The position numbers and the translations under genes were made by a program. Under the pieces are notes generated by a model. That model was not told the DNA's origin, searched no databases, and saw only the letters and a program-made list of their open reading frames with translations. A stretch of 64,000 nucleotides of DNA from Octopus vulgaris (Eukaryota): contig OX597815.1 of the NCBI GenBank assembly GCA_951406725.2, positions 25,482,001 through 25,546,000 on the forward strand. The letters are read 5' to 3'. Shown here one piece after another: positions 1 to 12,002 of the stretch (position 1 is its first letter; every line of letters starts with the position of its first letter).

Positions 1-1171
1 AATCACTTATGAGAAGCAGATCATATGAGACAAGGATCATCATCAGGTAGGCCACACTACTAAAAAAAATTCAAGGAATTCAGAAAGTCCTGTGAGCCGC
101 AGGACTTACTAGACCCTAGTGACTACAGTTAAAGTACTCAACTAGTGATCACATAGTTATGTCTTCACTGATGAGTTGTTTGATGAAATATAGAAAGCTA
201 GAAGTTACGCTTGGACAAGTACTTACTTTAACAATCAGACCTATAAGATAGCATAAGCTAATATACAATACACAGCTAACAAATATTTCTCCTTTTTTTA
301 ACTGCAGCTACACTTTGTGGCCCTTAGATACATTCTTACTTATTTGAATAAGTATCAACAGTATTTTTACTATATATTTGCCTCTAATTATGCTTCTAAA
401 TTTTCATCTACTGTTGTTGCTCAAAGGTAACGTTTTTTCGTTTTTCTGCTGTTTTCATCATCATCATCATCATTGTCATCATTTAACATCTGTTTTCCAT
501 GCTGGCTTCAGTTGGACCGCATTTAATGTCAGTTTTTCATGCTGGCATGGGTCGGTCAGTTTGGCAGGAGCTGACAAACCAGAAGACTGCACCAAGCTCT
601 CCTGTCAGTTTTGGTGTTGTTGCCACAACCACATGCCTTTCCTAATGCCAACATTATATCATCTTTGCTAGCATGAGTAAGATATATTTTTACCTTGCCA
701 GTGCCTAGTATTTGTATGTGACTAACATGAAGAATATCTTAGTACTAATCTCCATTCCACTTATCACTTACCTTATAACTAATTTCCGTTCCACTCTAAG
801 TGTACTTTCACTAATTAAAGTAGCAACTTGTCATCACTGTGTAAACCATTATAATTCATTATGTTAGCATCACACTTCTGTATGTGCAAAAGTAGGTGGT
901 GATGGTGAAACATATAAAGCCTACTTCTCTTTAATAAAACCAAGTAACTGATTTTAGTTATGAGTTTGTTTTCATTATTCTATTTAGTGAATACTACTTG
1001 ATGATAGGATCAACATAATATCTAATTTAAGAGGAATATTTCTTATAGAGTTTATACTTAGCAAATTCAGCCAGATTTACTACCTTTATATATTGTGTTA
1101 AGCGTGATATAATCATTATTACATGTATTTAATAGTCAAATGGCAGTCTACATAAAAAAATTGTTTTTCAG

Positions 1172-1225
1172 TTGGCACTGCAAGGAAATCGTATTGTTTT
1201 GACAGCAGGAAGAGTATACCAAATG
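1172..1225 (+). CDS. EXD3: EXD3 antepenultimate coding exon (54 nt, GC donor)
   Basis: Acceptor ttgtttttcag at 1161-1171; encodes [18 protein letters not shown]; donor ATG|GCAAGT. Confidence 0.8.
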
Positions 1226-4200
1226 GCAAGTTATCAAGTTATTTCCTGTCTGTTTATCTGTCTGTAATTTTCTTTCACTTTATTAAGAATAAAAGCATTT
1301 TCACTTTAACCAATAAGGTTGTCTTATTTGATGGAGAAGTTTACTTTGAAAATGTCTACAAATACTAACCCCTCCCTCCTATTAACACTTGGCTCTGGCT
1401 CTGAGTACAAATGTCTTATTTTCATGAGTTTTGAATTAAAATCTTCCACCAAACCTTAGTCCCAATTTATGTTCCTAGCACTAACTTAATGATAACTAAG
1501 TTATTTTACTAAATTCTTTGTTATATTTAAAGTAATTTAAAGAAACAGAGAGCATCTCAAAATATATACAGTAGCAAAAGGGTTAAATGGGTATGAGATG
1601 TTTTGGCATCGCTGATTCAATGCTGACTTCTTTGACATCAGATGCCTTAATATTTTCCTTTATATATGTGAGGAGAAAGTATTTTTGTCAGTTGTGTTCA
1701 ATCAAACTGTAATTTCTCTCTATCTCTCTGTGTTTATGTATGTGAGCATCTAGTTGTTTATATGTAATGTCTCTCCCCTGCTTTCTTTTTTTCTCATTCT
1801 CTTTATCTGTATGTGTATATTTCTGCACTTGTGTGTTTGTGTATTTGTCTCCAGCACAAAAAAGAACTCTCCAAAAACAGGTTGAATGTCCAGTAAGCCT
1901 GGCCAAATTATCAGCATCTAAACAGATGTGCCCAATTATCTCATTCTACTATTAAATATACTTTTCCTTCTCAACTAGGCTTCTGTTGATTATTTTTTGT
2001 TTCCCATTGCTTTTTTTCCCCCTCTATATAACTGTATCCATATTGTTTACACATGTGTATAACCATGACACCAGTATTTCATGCTTATTGTTTTATTATT
2101 CAAACTTCCGTCATTGTACTTTTTTCATTGTTGGTATTGGGCAGCTACTTTTAGAAGAAAACGAATATTCTTTTAGGCAGAAACTAAGCAGAATGAGTAC
2201 CAGCATTATTTTTCTTTCCACCTAAATGAAACAACAATGAAATCATGGCAATATTTTCATGCAAGCATCTATAATATAAATTGGACGTGGGCGATCATTG
2301 TATTCTTTCTTGTCTTGAGGTTCACAGCTAAACGGCTGGGTGGATTCACATGAAAAATGGCACACATATGGAGACAGGTGCATAGATTGGAATGCAGTTT
2401 GTATTTTTTTCCTAACCCCCATACTTACTGAGAAAATTGATTAAAACTGTTTCTAATCGAATTTCCCTCTTTCTTCTGTCATTAAAACAACCAGTTGCTT
2501 AGAAGCTGTTTTCTGTTGGGGTGGGGTCAGGAAATTTTCATATAGTTGGAGGCTTCAATTGAAACAGGGGACCCGAAATGATAAGGTTGACAAACGCTGT
2601 AATAGATTATGCCTAACCGAAAACGATCACAGCCGCATCATCCACACAGACCGGGTGAAACCGGGCTTAGCTGCTAGTATAATATAAAAGCGTAGGTGGT
2701 ATATATTTGGTTCAGTTTATTTACTAATATTAAGGTGGCAAGCTGGCAGAATTGTTTGCTGGTTGTATGAAGTGCTTAGTGGAATTTCATCAGTTTTGAC
2801 ATTCTGGGTTTAAGTCCCACTGAGGTCAACTTTGCCATTCATCCTTTCAGGGTAAATAAAGTATGTACTTGTTGACCACTGGGGTTGATGTAATTTACTT
2901 ACCATGTCCTCCAAAATTGCTGGCCTTGTGTCAAAATTTGAAACTAATATTTCAAGCAAGCTGAAACAAGAAATTTTTTCTTTTATAGTTCATAGTATTT
3001 ATATTCAGTTGTTATTTTAAACTCATTATTTATTTACTTGTTTCTGTTTCTTTTTATATCAAATCTTACATAGTCTTTTCCCCCCTCCCATCTTAATCAA
3101 AATATATCCTTATGTATAGTATGGCAATACTCTGAACTTGGGAGAATTTGTTAAAAACATATACAAAGTAAAAGAAAAAAAAGACTAGTTGATTGACCAG
3201 TTGGAACTATAAGCTCATTGTTATGACCGTGAGACAACTGTAGTGGATCTAGTTGTTACAATAGCTTATGTTGCAACTTTGAGAAAAACATGCTTTTGTT
3301 TGAAATCATATACAAATCATATGAAGTTTGCTTTTGTTTATAAGTTAAACATCATCATCGTTTAACGTCTGTTTTCCATGCTAGCATGGGCTGGACGGTT
3401 CGACCGGGGTCTGGGAAGCCAGGAGGTTGCACCAGGCTCCAGTCTGATCTGGCAGTGTTTCTACAGCTGGATGCCCTTCCTAACGCCAACCACTCCGTGA
3501 GTGTAGTGGGTGCTTTTTATGTGTCACTGGCACAGAAGCTATGTTCAGATGGTGCTTTTTACGTGCCACTGGCACGGGTATCACAACTACAATTTCCATT
3601 TGATATTTATTTTGATGTTGATGTACTTGACTCTTACTCAAGATAAGTTGAAAGGGATTCAAAAAGAAAAACCAATCAGTTTTTAAAATTTTCTGAACAA
3701 AGCTTAGATGTAGGCTTGACTGTGTGGTTGAGAAGTTTGCTTTGCAACCATGTGGTTTCAATTTCAGTTCCACTGCTTGGCATTTTGTCTTGTAAGGGAA
3801 TTTAGTAGGTGAAAACTTTATGGAAATTCATCTGTATGTGTGTGAGTGTCTGTGCACACATGTATCTTTGTGTTTGTCCCATACCACTTGACAACTGGCA
3901 TTGGTTTGTTTATGTTCCCATAACGTAGTGGCTCGACAGAAGAACCCAATAGAATATGTAGCACACTTTAAAAAGTAAGGATTGGGTTTATTTGTTTGAC
4001 TAAACCCTTGAAATAGAGCTTTAGCATGGTCACAGTCCAGTGACTGAAAGTAGTAGAAGGTAAAACAGAACTAAAAGCAAATAGAAATATTTCAGAGATA
4101 CCTAAGCAGAGCTTTTTAATTACTTAACATTTTAAATTCTTATTTTGACATTATTTTTCAAAATACCTTATTTCATGGAATTATTTATTTTATAATTGTA

Positions 4201-5780
4201 CTTTTTATTTTTTTATTTTTATTTTTAGTTTGCGTCAAGACTTGGTGAAAATAAATGCTTCAGTGTATCTAGCCAGAACGTTAAAGAACAACTGATGGAG
4301 GTCTTAACACATTTTAATGTGAAGGTAAAGGAAGAAGATCTTCTGAGTAGATGTCAGGTAAACGTTTTAGCCCTGTTTATATTTTTTTACTATGAGGTTA
4401 TCCTCCATATTTTTCTATCTATCACATTTACTTGAACGTTAATTTAATCACTTAACTTTATTAGCTCCACCTTAGCAAAGGCGGAGGTATTGTTTTCAGT
4501 TGTGTTTGTTTGTTTGACCATGGACAAGAAATCTCAAGAACCACTTGATGGATTCAGATGAAACTTTCAGGGATGTTAGGCCTTGTGACTAGCATGAACT
4601 GATTAGATTTTGGGATTGATTTAGTACCAGAAAAGGATTCTAGATTATTTTTCCTGTTTTTTTTTTTACTTATTTTTGACTGAGGTTGGGTTCATTTTTA
4701 GTATTCTTGTTTGTTAGAGCAGTTGAGTTTATTTCAGATATTCCACATTTTGAAAACCATCTTTGGCTAATCGTTGAAAGGACGTTGATGTTGCCTTGGC
4801 AGAGGTTTGCGCGCTGAGTGCTCTGGTTTATTTATTTAATTCTCTTTTGCTGTCAGCATTTACAAATCAACCTTCATAACTTTTGAGAGAATTTTTGTTT
4901 TCCTATCCTAAAATTCATGTTTCATCGAAAGTTTTCCATTAATGTCTTTTCACAGATGCAAACTGGTACCTTAGCATTTTTAGACTAATCACTTTCTCCT
5001 AGTAATAATCCGTTTTTACTGGAAACATAAGGCCTCAAATTTGGGGGAAGGTATTAAGTCGATTACATCAACCCCAGTTCATAACTGTTACTAATTTTAT
5101 TGATCCAGAAAGGATGAAAGGCAAAGTCGACTTTGGTGGAATTTGAACTCAGAACGTAACAGCAGATGAAATACCGCTAAGCATTTCGCACAGCATGCTA
5201 ACGACTCTGCCAGCTCACTGCCTTCTTTCTCCTAGTAATAATGTCTTTTATATTTTAATATCCAAGAGATATTAATATCATATTTTCATCTCTCATGTAA
5301 TTTCGTTAAGATAATTACTCATTTCTTGGTTTGTTTAATTTCTCATGCCCTATGAACACTCTGAATGTATATTATTATTATTGTTACTACTATTTTCAGT
5401 CCTCATACCATCTCCCCCAAAAAACTTTGTTCGTGGTGCAACCGCCTTTTCCGACCCCCACCACCAATACCGGATATCTCTATCTCTCTTTTCCCACCAT
5501 CTACACCGGATATCTCTTTCTTCCCCCACCACCATTACCTGTTGTCTCTTCTCTCAACTCCTCCTCCTCACAGGGCTGTTCTCTATATATTACCTGCACT
5601 CTCTCTCTCTCTCTCTCTCTCTCCTGGGACAAATGCAACTAGCTCAGCTGCCCACCTACTTAACTGGCTATCTTTCATTTCATTTTGTCCCATCTAGAAA
5701 TATACCAACAACTACCCAGTAATTTTCTATGCACATATCAAGTGAAGGAGAAAGCTAATTGGCTTTATGCATGTGTTTGT

Positions 5781-5832
<52 letters not shown>

Positions 5833-6871
5833 ATGCATGCTTGTATGTGTTTGTATGGATGAGCTTGTTTCCTCTCTTTCTCTGTCTGAAACATCCCACC
5901 CCTTGCTGGTGGTACCCTCCATCATATCTGTAATCCCCTCTCCCTGGACAAATGCAACCAGTTTAGCTGACTCTCTACTTAATCTAACATTGGAATATCC
6001 ATATTTGCAACACCGCTTAAATTTATGTTTTTATGATGAACATAATGCTTATACTTACAATGCTGCTAACACCTTCTCCTACCTCCAGTAGGGGCAACAA
6101 TCTTAACACGCTTGAATGTTTGAATGATGTCAGGTCGGAAGTGAGAACAGGTGAAGCATTCCTAAAAAATGAACACGACAACCTCCCTCTTCTTTTCAGG
6201 CGCTAAATAACATCTCTCTTCCCCAAGCTTCACCCCACATTCCTTTCCCAGTTTTCAGAGTTGGCATTGTCAGTGTAGGCACACTGAAAGGTAGGTCTAG
6301 TGAGATTGTAGAGATGCTTGAAAGGAGATGTGTCGATGTATGCTGCATACAAGAAGTAAGATGGAGAGGAGCTTCAGCTAGGGTCCTCACAGGCAGGGCT
6401 CATAGGTATAAAATCTTTTGGCAAGGTAACATGCCAAAATAATATGGTAGACAAAGGCATTAGAGCAAAGAAACTGGCCTGGAAAGCCTGGAATGGTGGG
6501 GGTAGCAAGAAACTGTACCAGATAACCAGAAGGGAGGCTGGGCGACAGGTATACATAGCCAAGGACGAAGCAGAAAAGAAGTTTACCAATGTCCAGCGAC
6601 ATGAGGACCAAAGAACTGAAGTATTTCGGATTGCAAGACGGTGTGTGAGAAAAAATTGTGGGTTGGACGGTGCGACTGGGGTCTGGGAAGCCAGGAGGCT
6701 GCACCAGGCCCCAATCTGATCTGGCAGTGTTTCTACAGCTGGATGCCCTTCCTAATGCCAACCACTCCAAGAGTGTAGCGGGTGCTTTTTACGTGCCACC
6801 AGCACGAGGGTCACAACTACCATTTCCATTTGATTTGATGTTGATATTGATGTACTTGACTCAATAGGTCT

Positions 6872-6909
<38 letters not shown>

Positions 6910-6952
6910 GTATGTGTGTGTGTATGTATATATATATACACATACACACACT

Positions 6953-7030
<78 letters not shown>

Positions 7031-7656
7031 TATGTATATATATAGAGAGAGAGAGACAGACCGGGTGTGTCAGTGTTGATTTCTCTTTACTTACTCTAAC
7101 ATTGTTAAAGTAACTTACCAATAATACACTGAAATCAGATTAATTAATACAGTTTTCCCCTTGACTATGTGCTTAATGAAAAATATCTGTATGTATTTAC
7201 AATAAATTATAAGAAAGATTTCTTCTTTTCCAGATTTGCAATTGTAAGACTTTTGTCTTGGTTGAATCTGAGAAGATGCATGTGTTAAAGGAAGTGAAGC
7301 CAAGTTCCTCATCAACGAAAAAGAAATCCTGGATTTCAGATCCCAATGGCTCTGATGCTGTAGAAAGTATTCCTGATCCAGATATGCTATTTAGCAGTAT
7401 GGTCACACACCCTGTAAATAAGCTGGAATCCTATCCTGTATTGGAAAATGAAGAACTGATTGACATGGATACTGCCTTATACCGAAGTAATGGTGTAGCT
7501 ATTCAGCTGGAACATATCCCAAATACTTTATTTGCTGAAGACAAAATATTCTACTGTTGTATAAGCTGTGGTAAAGTCTATTGGGATGGTTGCCATTATA
7601 AGCGTGTGTTGGAACAATTCCATTCTCTGATGATGATGAGAGATAACCAACAATAA
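1172..7656 (+). CDS. EXD3: EXD3 / exonuclease mut-7 homolog, 3' part (three coding exons: 1172-1225, 4229-4357, 7234-7656); upstream exons lie outside the window
   Basis: The spliced translation [18 protein letters not shown]|[43 protein letters not shown]|ICNCKTF...[20 protein letters not shown] matches the Mut7-C domain with Zn ribbon (RCxxCN...FYxCxxCGKVYWxGxH). All junctions are phase 0. Confidence 0.9.
2268..2677 (+). mobile_element. Non-autonomous Helitron
   Basis: A|TC 5' end, subterminal hairpin-like CCGGGTGAAACCGGG, CTAG|T 3' end. Confidence 0.7.
2733..2945 (+). mobile_element. tRNA-derived SINE, family B (diverged)
   Basis: ggtggcaagctggcagaa head; gccattcatcctttcagggt core shared with the 9642 and 37603 copies. 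Confidence 0.75.
3350..3635 (-). mobile_element. RTE-LINE 3' UTR fragment (family A)
   Basis: (CAT)n tail + ttaacgtc...ccatgctagcatggg...ggatgcccttcctaacgccaaccactcc; about 18 copies in the window. Confidence 0.8.
4229..4357 (+). CDS. EXD3: EXD3 penultimate coding exon (129 nt)
   Basis: Long poly-T tract + AG at 4227-4228; [10 protein letters not shown]...[16 protein letters not shown]; donor CAG|GTAAAC. Confidence 0.9.
4461..4827 (+). mobile_element. Helentron-associated non-autonomous element (HINE/DINE-like)
   Basis: 5' ctccacct...ggcggagg subterminal inverted repeat followed by (TTTG)n; 3' ttggcagagg repeat plus short hairpin; T-rich flanks. Confidence 0.55.
5015..5223 (-). mobile_element. 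SINE family B
   Basis: Homologous to the 9642 copy; flanked by direct repeat tttctcctagtaataat. Confidence 0.8.
5783..5831. repeat. (GT)n microsatellite
   Basis: Seen directly. Confidence 0.95.
6250..6658 (+). mobile_element. RTE-clade LINE, APE endonuclease fragment with internal deletion
   Basis: [37 protein letters not shown], then a jump to [16 protein letters not shown]. Confidence 0.75.
6659..6873 (-). mobile_element. RTE-LINE 3' UTR fragment (family A)
   Basis: Same core as the 3350 copy. Confidence 0.8.
6876..7056. repeat. Compound (TA)n/(CA)n/(GA)n microsatellite
   Basis: Seen directly. Confidence 0.95.
7234..7656 (+). CDS. EXD3: EXD3 terminal coding exon (Zn ribbon, stop TAA)
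   Basis: Acceptor tcttcttttccag ending at 7233; ICNCK...[17 protein letters not shown]; same frame as track ORF 7258-7656. Confidence 0.92.
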   Translation: MCNCKTFVLVESEKMHVLKEVKPSSSSTKKKSWISDPNGSDAVESIPDPDMLFSSMVTHPVNKLESYPVLENEELIDMDTALYRSNGVAIQLEHIPNTLFAEDKIFYCCISCGKVYWDGCHYKRVLEQFHSLMMMRDNQQ

Positions 7657-7787
7657 TTTTGGATTCAGCAACAGTATTGATTCTGTTTATTATGTTACTT
7701 CAAACTAAAGCCAACAGACTGTCACAAATTCTACACAGTAAAACAATCTTTGATGTAAAATATATGTAATGGAAATGCTTAAAGCAT

Positions 7788-7793
7788 AATAAA
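7788..7793 (+). promoter_or_regulatory. Candidate polyadenylation signal of EXD3
   Basis: AATAAA ~130 nt after the stop, followed by GT/T-rich sequence (7810-7850); further AATAAA near 7887 and 7915. Confidence 0.5.
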
Positions 7794-8414
7794 ATAATTC
7801 TAAACTAAAGTGTTTTATTTTTAAAATTACGTGTTGTTTTGTTATGCTTTTATTCGAATGTCACTCAGCTTCTAAAATAATCCCTTAATAAATTAGAGAT
7901 GTAGAGTTATCTGTAATAAAGAAGGCTGTGGTATCATAACATTGTGAAAAATATTATGAAAGTTGTGTGATTTTTTGAACTAGAAATTTGTAAACAGAAA
8001 CTAGAAATAAAACAAGAAATAATATATTTTAAGGTATTAATATACGACAAAGGAAAGAACAAGCTGAAAGGTAGTTTGTGCAAACTTGTCTAAGCTATAA
8101 AATCACAGGATGAATGATAAAACTCATGAATAATCAAGAAATAATTTTCTCATTTTATTCTTAATCATTTGATAGATGGATTTTGTGGTGAAGGACATAA
8201 GCTCTTGATGAGCCAATCCCTGTTAGAATATTGGGCGTTAATACTCTTGTAACATTACATATTCTTATTTCTTTAAATCTATACAAGAAATTATTGATTT
8301 TCTCTGATTTGGCTAAAGGGCCACAATTTTTTATCAAAAGTAAAAATTAAAACTTTAAAAATTTCAATCCTCTCTCAAAATCAATAGGAAAGTAAATGTC
8401 CAGCATGGAAAGCA

Positions 8415-8698
8415 GACTGCCAGTGTCACTGGACTGGCTCCCGTGCAGGTAGCATGTAAAAACACCTTTTGAGCATGAGCATGGTCATTGCCAGAACCGC
8501 CTGACTGGCCCTCATGCCGGTGCACGTAAAAAGCCCCCACTACATTCTCAGAGTGGTTGGCGTTAGGAAGGGCATCCAGCTGTAGAAACTTTGCCAGATC
8601 AGATTGAACCTGGTGCAGCCACTGGCTCACCAGTCCCCAATCAAACCATCCAACCCATGCCAGCATGGAAATCAGATGTTAAATGATGATGATGATGA
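8415..8698 (+). mobile_element. RTE-LINE 3' UTR fragment (family A)
   Basis: Ends in (GAT)n tail. Confidence 0.8.
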
Positions 8699-8889
8699 AT
8701 AATGATGACAGCAATAGCAAAGATGACAACTGAGTGCTTGATTGATTGAAATGGATTTTTGGTAAAAAATATGGTAATACAAGAAGATATTATACCCAAT
8801 GACTAGCATAGAATCATTATTGTCAACTGCTACAAGGGCAACAGCGAAACAGTTGAAAGAGGTAATTAAAAAGGCATCAGATTGTAGAA

Positions 8890-9400
8890 CCACATTATAA
8901 AAGTTATGGAAAAGGTAATTGCACATTTGAGTAGAGATTTCACCTAGATGAGATTCAGTTTGGATTTATACCTGGAAGAGGGACAACTGATGCAAGCTTC
9001 ACAGTGAAACAAGCACAGAAGTACTTAGCTAGGCATAAGCCCCCTTATACCTGGCATTTGTCAACATAGAAAATGCCTTTGACAGAGTTCCATGTTCTGT
9101 ATACTAAGGAAGTTACATGCAGAGGAATGGCCTATGTGGGCCTTACAAGCCATGTATAGAAAGAAGCACAGACAACAATGAGTTTAATGGTGAATTTAGC
9201 ATCAGGTAGTTGTCTGTGAAAGCACAGTCCACAGTTGCACTGCATCCATTATTGTCTTACATGTTATAACAGAGAAGGTTAAGACCAAATATAAATGATA
9301 CTCCTTTATTCTGATGATCTAGATTTTATAACTAATCCATGGTAGATTTAGACAAGAATTCCAGACCTCAAAGCAAAAGCTGGTATTGAGAGGCCTCAAA
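8890..9400 (+). mobile_element. Degenerate RTE-type reverse transcriptase fragment
   Basis: LDEIQFGFIPGRGTTDASFTVKQ and LAFVNIENAFDRVP motifs, with stops and frameshifts. Confidence 0.7.
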
Positions 9401-9414
9401 GTGGTGGACAGATA

Positions 9415-10290
9415 GGCGTCTTCACCTTGTTTGTTGTTACCACAACATTTTGGCTGACGCACTCTCCAACCTTCATTGGGTGTGCTGGTGGAATTTTGAT
9501 GTCATACGGACCGCATACCTTTTGTATTCAGAAGTAATAAAACACTTCGCAAATATCTCCTCTGAGTAAAACCACCCACAGAAGAGAATATGACCAAAAA
9601 CTTCATGTACTCTATCCCATGCAGTTGTAGTAGGTTATACATATTTCTTTATTACCCACAAGGGGCTAAATACAGAGGGGACAAACAAGGACAGACATAA
9701 GTATTAAGTCGATTACATCGACCCCAGTGCGTAACTGGTACTTAATTTATCGACCCCGAATGGATGAAAGGCAAAGTTGACCTCGGCGGAATTTGAACTC
9801 ACAACGTAACGACAGACGAAATACCGCTAAGCATTTCACCCGGCGTGCTAACGTTTCTGCCAGCTCGCCGCTGGAAAAAGAACTAAAAACCAAAGGTTAT
9901 ACAAAGGCGAAACATGCTGCCCCCTTAAAATAAGGGTAGAGGAACATCATAAAGCTGTGACATGAGGGGATTTTGAAAAATGGAGTATAGCCAATCGTGT
10001 ATTGAAAAACAGAGAACACCTCTGGAAAATATGAAAATTAAAAGAGGCAGCACATATGCTAGGACACAACCTCCTAAGCAGACCTAGTGCAGATATGAAT
10101 GTAATATTGGAACCAGTATTAAGAAAAGATGCTTTCACAAAATAAAAAGAAAAGCCATTAGAAAACCAATTATAGCAGCAACTCCATCTAAGAATATCTG
10201 AAGAAGGAATATTATTCCGAAATATCATATGAGACTATGGATAACTAAATTACAACAGGTATATAGCCCATTGTCTATTAACACTTCAAC
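9415..10290 (+). mobile_element. Penelope-like element remnant (GIY-YIG endonuclease + hammerhead-type motif), interrupted by a SINE
   Basis: NFMYSIPCSCSRLY|KGET...KIRVEEHHKA across the SINE; CTGAAGAAGGAATATTATTCCGAAA at 10198-10222. Confidence 0.65.
9642..9872 (-). mobile_element. tRNA-derived SINE family B, young copy
   Basis: Minus-strand head gcggcgagctggcagaaacgttagcacgccggg with B-box-like gagttcaaattcc; TSD aggttataca at 9632-9641 and 9894-9903. Confidence 0.85.
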
Positions 10291-10587
10291 AGCACTTTTC
10301 TCACCGTAAAACAATAGTTTTTCTGTGACAGAAATTACATTTGCTAGATGCCTTAGCTAAGCAAAATAATGTCTTCGCCACTTGACTCTTCTAACCTCTT
10401 CTATTTCACCAAAAGTTAGAATTAAGATAACAAGTACCACCAACGAAATCTATTGTTCTCAGCAATATGTCTATCCTTCTGGCTAGTTTTGGATAGTTAT
10501 AAAAACAAGAACCCCCAAGCAAAAGTTAGTGAGCTATTGAAAATCCAAGTTAGTGAGAATGGAATCTGGCTGACCGGCTGAACAAAA

Positions 10588-11128
10588 TGTCGTCGCAAAA
10601 GAAAAGGGCACAAAAGGACAACTATAGTAACTCACCAACAAAGCAGTTGTTTTGTCCCACACTCTCTCACTCTCACTAGCTCGCTTTATTTTCTCTTACA
10701 ACATCACTCTATTTCTATCTGTAGTTTCTACTACACAATGATGAGAACACAAACACAAATTATTCAAGGAAAATCTATGACATTTATCTTTATTTTGCAT
10801 GCTTTATGAATTTATCACCTGCCCATTGAGGCAAGGTATTTTACAATGTAATGGTAAAATAAATATTTTCTTTACAACTTCAATCACTGTTCTTTCATCT
10901 TTACATAATGGCAATCAACTAACAACAAACTATTACAATTGGTGATGACCCTCGACTTCAACGAAGAACCAGCCTTACAAACTGGTGATGACTCCAAAGT
11001 TCCATACTATTGTTTACAAATTTACTTTAACTGTTACAAATTGGTGATCCCAACGTTGCACCATAACAAGCATTGATTACAAAAAAAAACAACTTCTACC
11101 CTTACAAATTGGTGACCCAAACCTTACA
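10588..11128 (+). mobile_element. LTR retrotransposon remnant (LTR 3' end + repeated tRNA-Trp PBS); 5' boundary uncertain
   Basis: AATAAA at 10858; ...TTACA followed by TGGTGA(C)CC, complementary to the tRNA-Trp 3' end (TGGTGACCCCGACGT); four copies. Confidence 0.55.
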
Positions 11129-11859
11129 TATACATAAGTGTTGCAAAAAAAAACAAAGCAACAAAAACTTCATTTTCTACTTGGAGGAAGAAAGCAAAAA
11201 TCGGGCTGTAGCTTTTGGGAGATTCCTGAAAAGGAGTTAAATTTCAAAAAATTTCTCCTCATACTCAATAACCTGAAGTAGGATGTATCTTGCCATCAAC
11301 CCATTAAAGTTTACTGGATATTTCCCTTTCATATCAAAGCCTACATGCAGGGGTTATATTCTGTTATATCACAATAGCCAGTTGTTTTATTTACTGTCTG
11401 GGCACTATTTGCATTATGAATAAATAAAAATAAAAGGTAAGTTACTGTAAACATATTTAATAAAGAAAGATTTAAAAAATTAGTTAGAAATAAATTAATG
11501 ACCCCCTCCCCCCACAGCTCATCAACCTTTTAAAGAACGATGCAAGTTATGCTTCTTAGATGAGGGCAAATAATATCGACACACGTATCAAGTAGTCTCC
11601 CCTACTTAACAAACACTGTAAACAATAATTGCCATTGACTAATATCGTTTTTCGTCACCACATATTTACTTCTAATTAAGTTTTTAATTCTCTAGGCATT
11701 AAAAATGTTGAAGATAATTATGTTTAAGTCTCGAATAACGAAGCAAGTATTACTTTAGTACCGAAATAAAAATTCACTAATAAATAACTGAAATATTATT
11801 ACGAATATTGCAGCTATTTGATATCTGCAGTTATTCTTAAATTAATTGTTATGAATCGA

Positions 11860-12002
11860 ATCAAATTTTTTCTTGTGAGAAGAGAAAGATAAAGATAAAA
11901 AAAAAAAGCAACAACTTTTAATTGCGAGCAGGGTTTTATAGTCCGGAAGAGGAGGAAACTGCGGAGTTATAAGTTCCTCCACCTCCATCCCCACCATTAA
12001 AG
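11860..12002 (+). promoter_or_regulatory. SEC63 promoter / 5' UTR region
   Basis: Locally CpG-containing segment just upstream of the ATG, with an ETS-like CCGGAAG at ~11943. Confidence 0.45.

Noticed and set aside
1-50. Possible EXD3 exon end (CAG|GTAGGC at 46)
   Set aside because: No frame gives recognisable Mut7-C sequence, and two of the three frames contain stops
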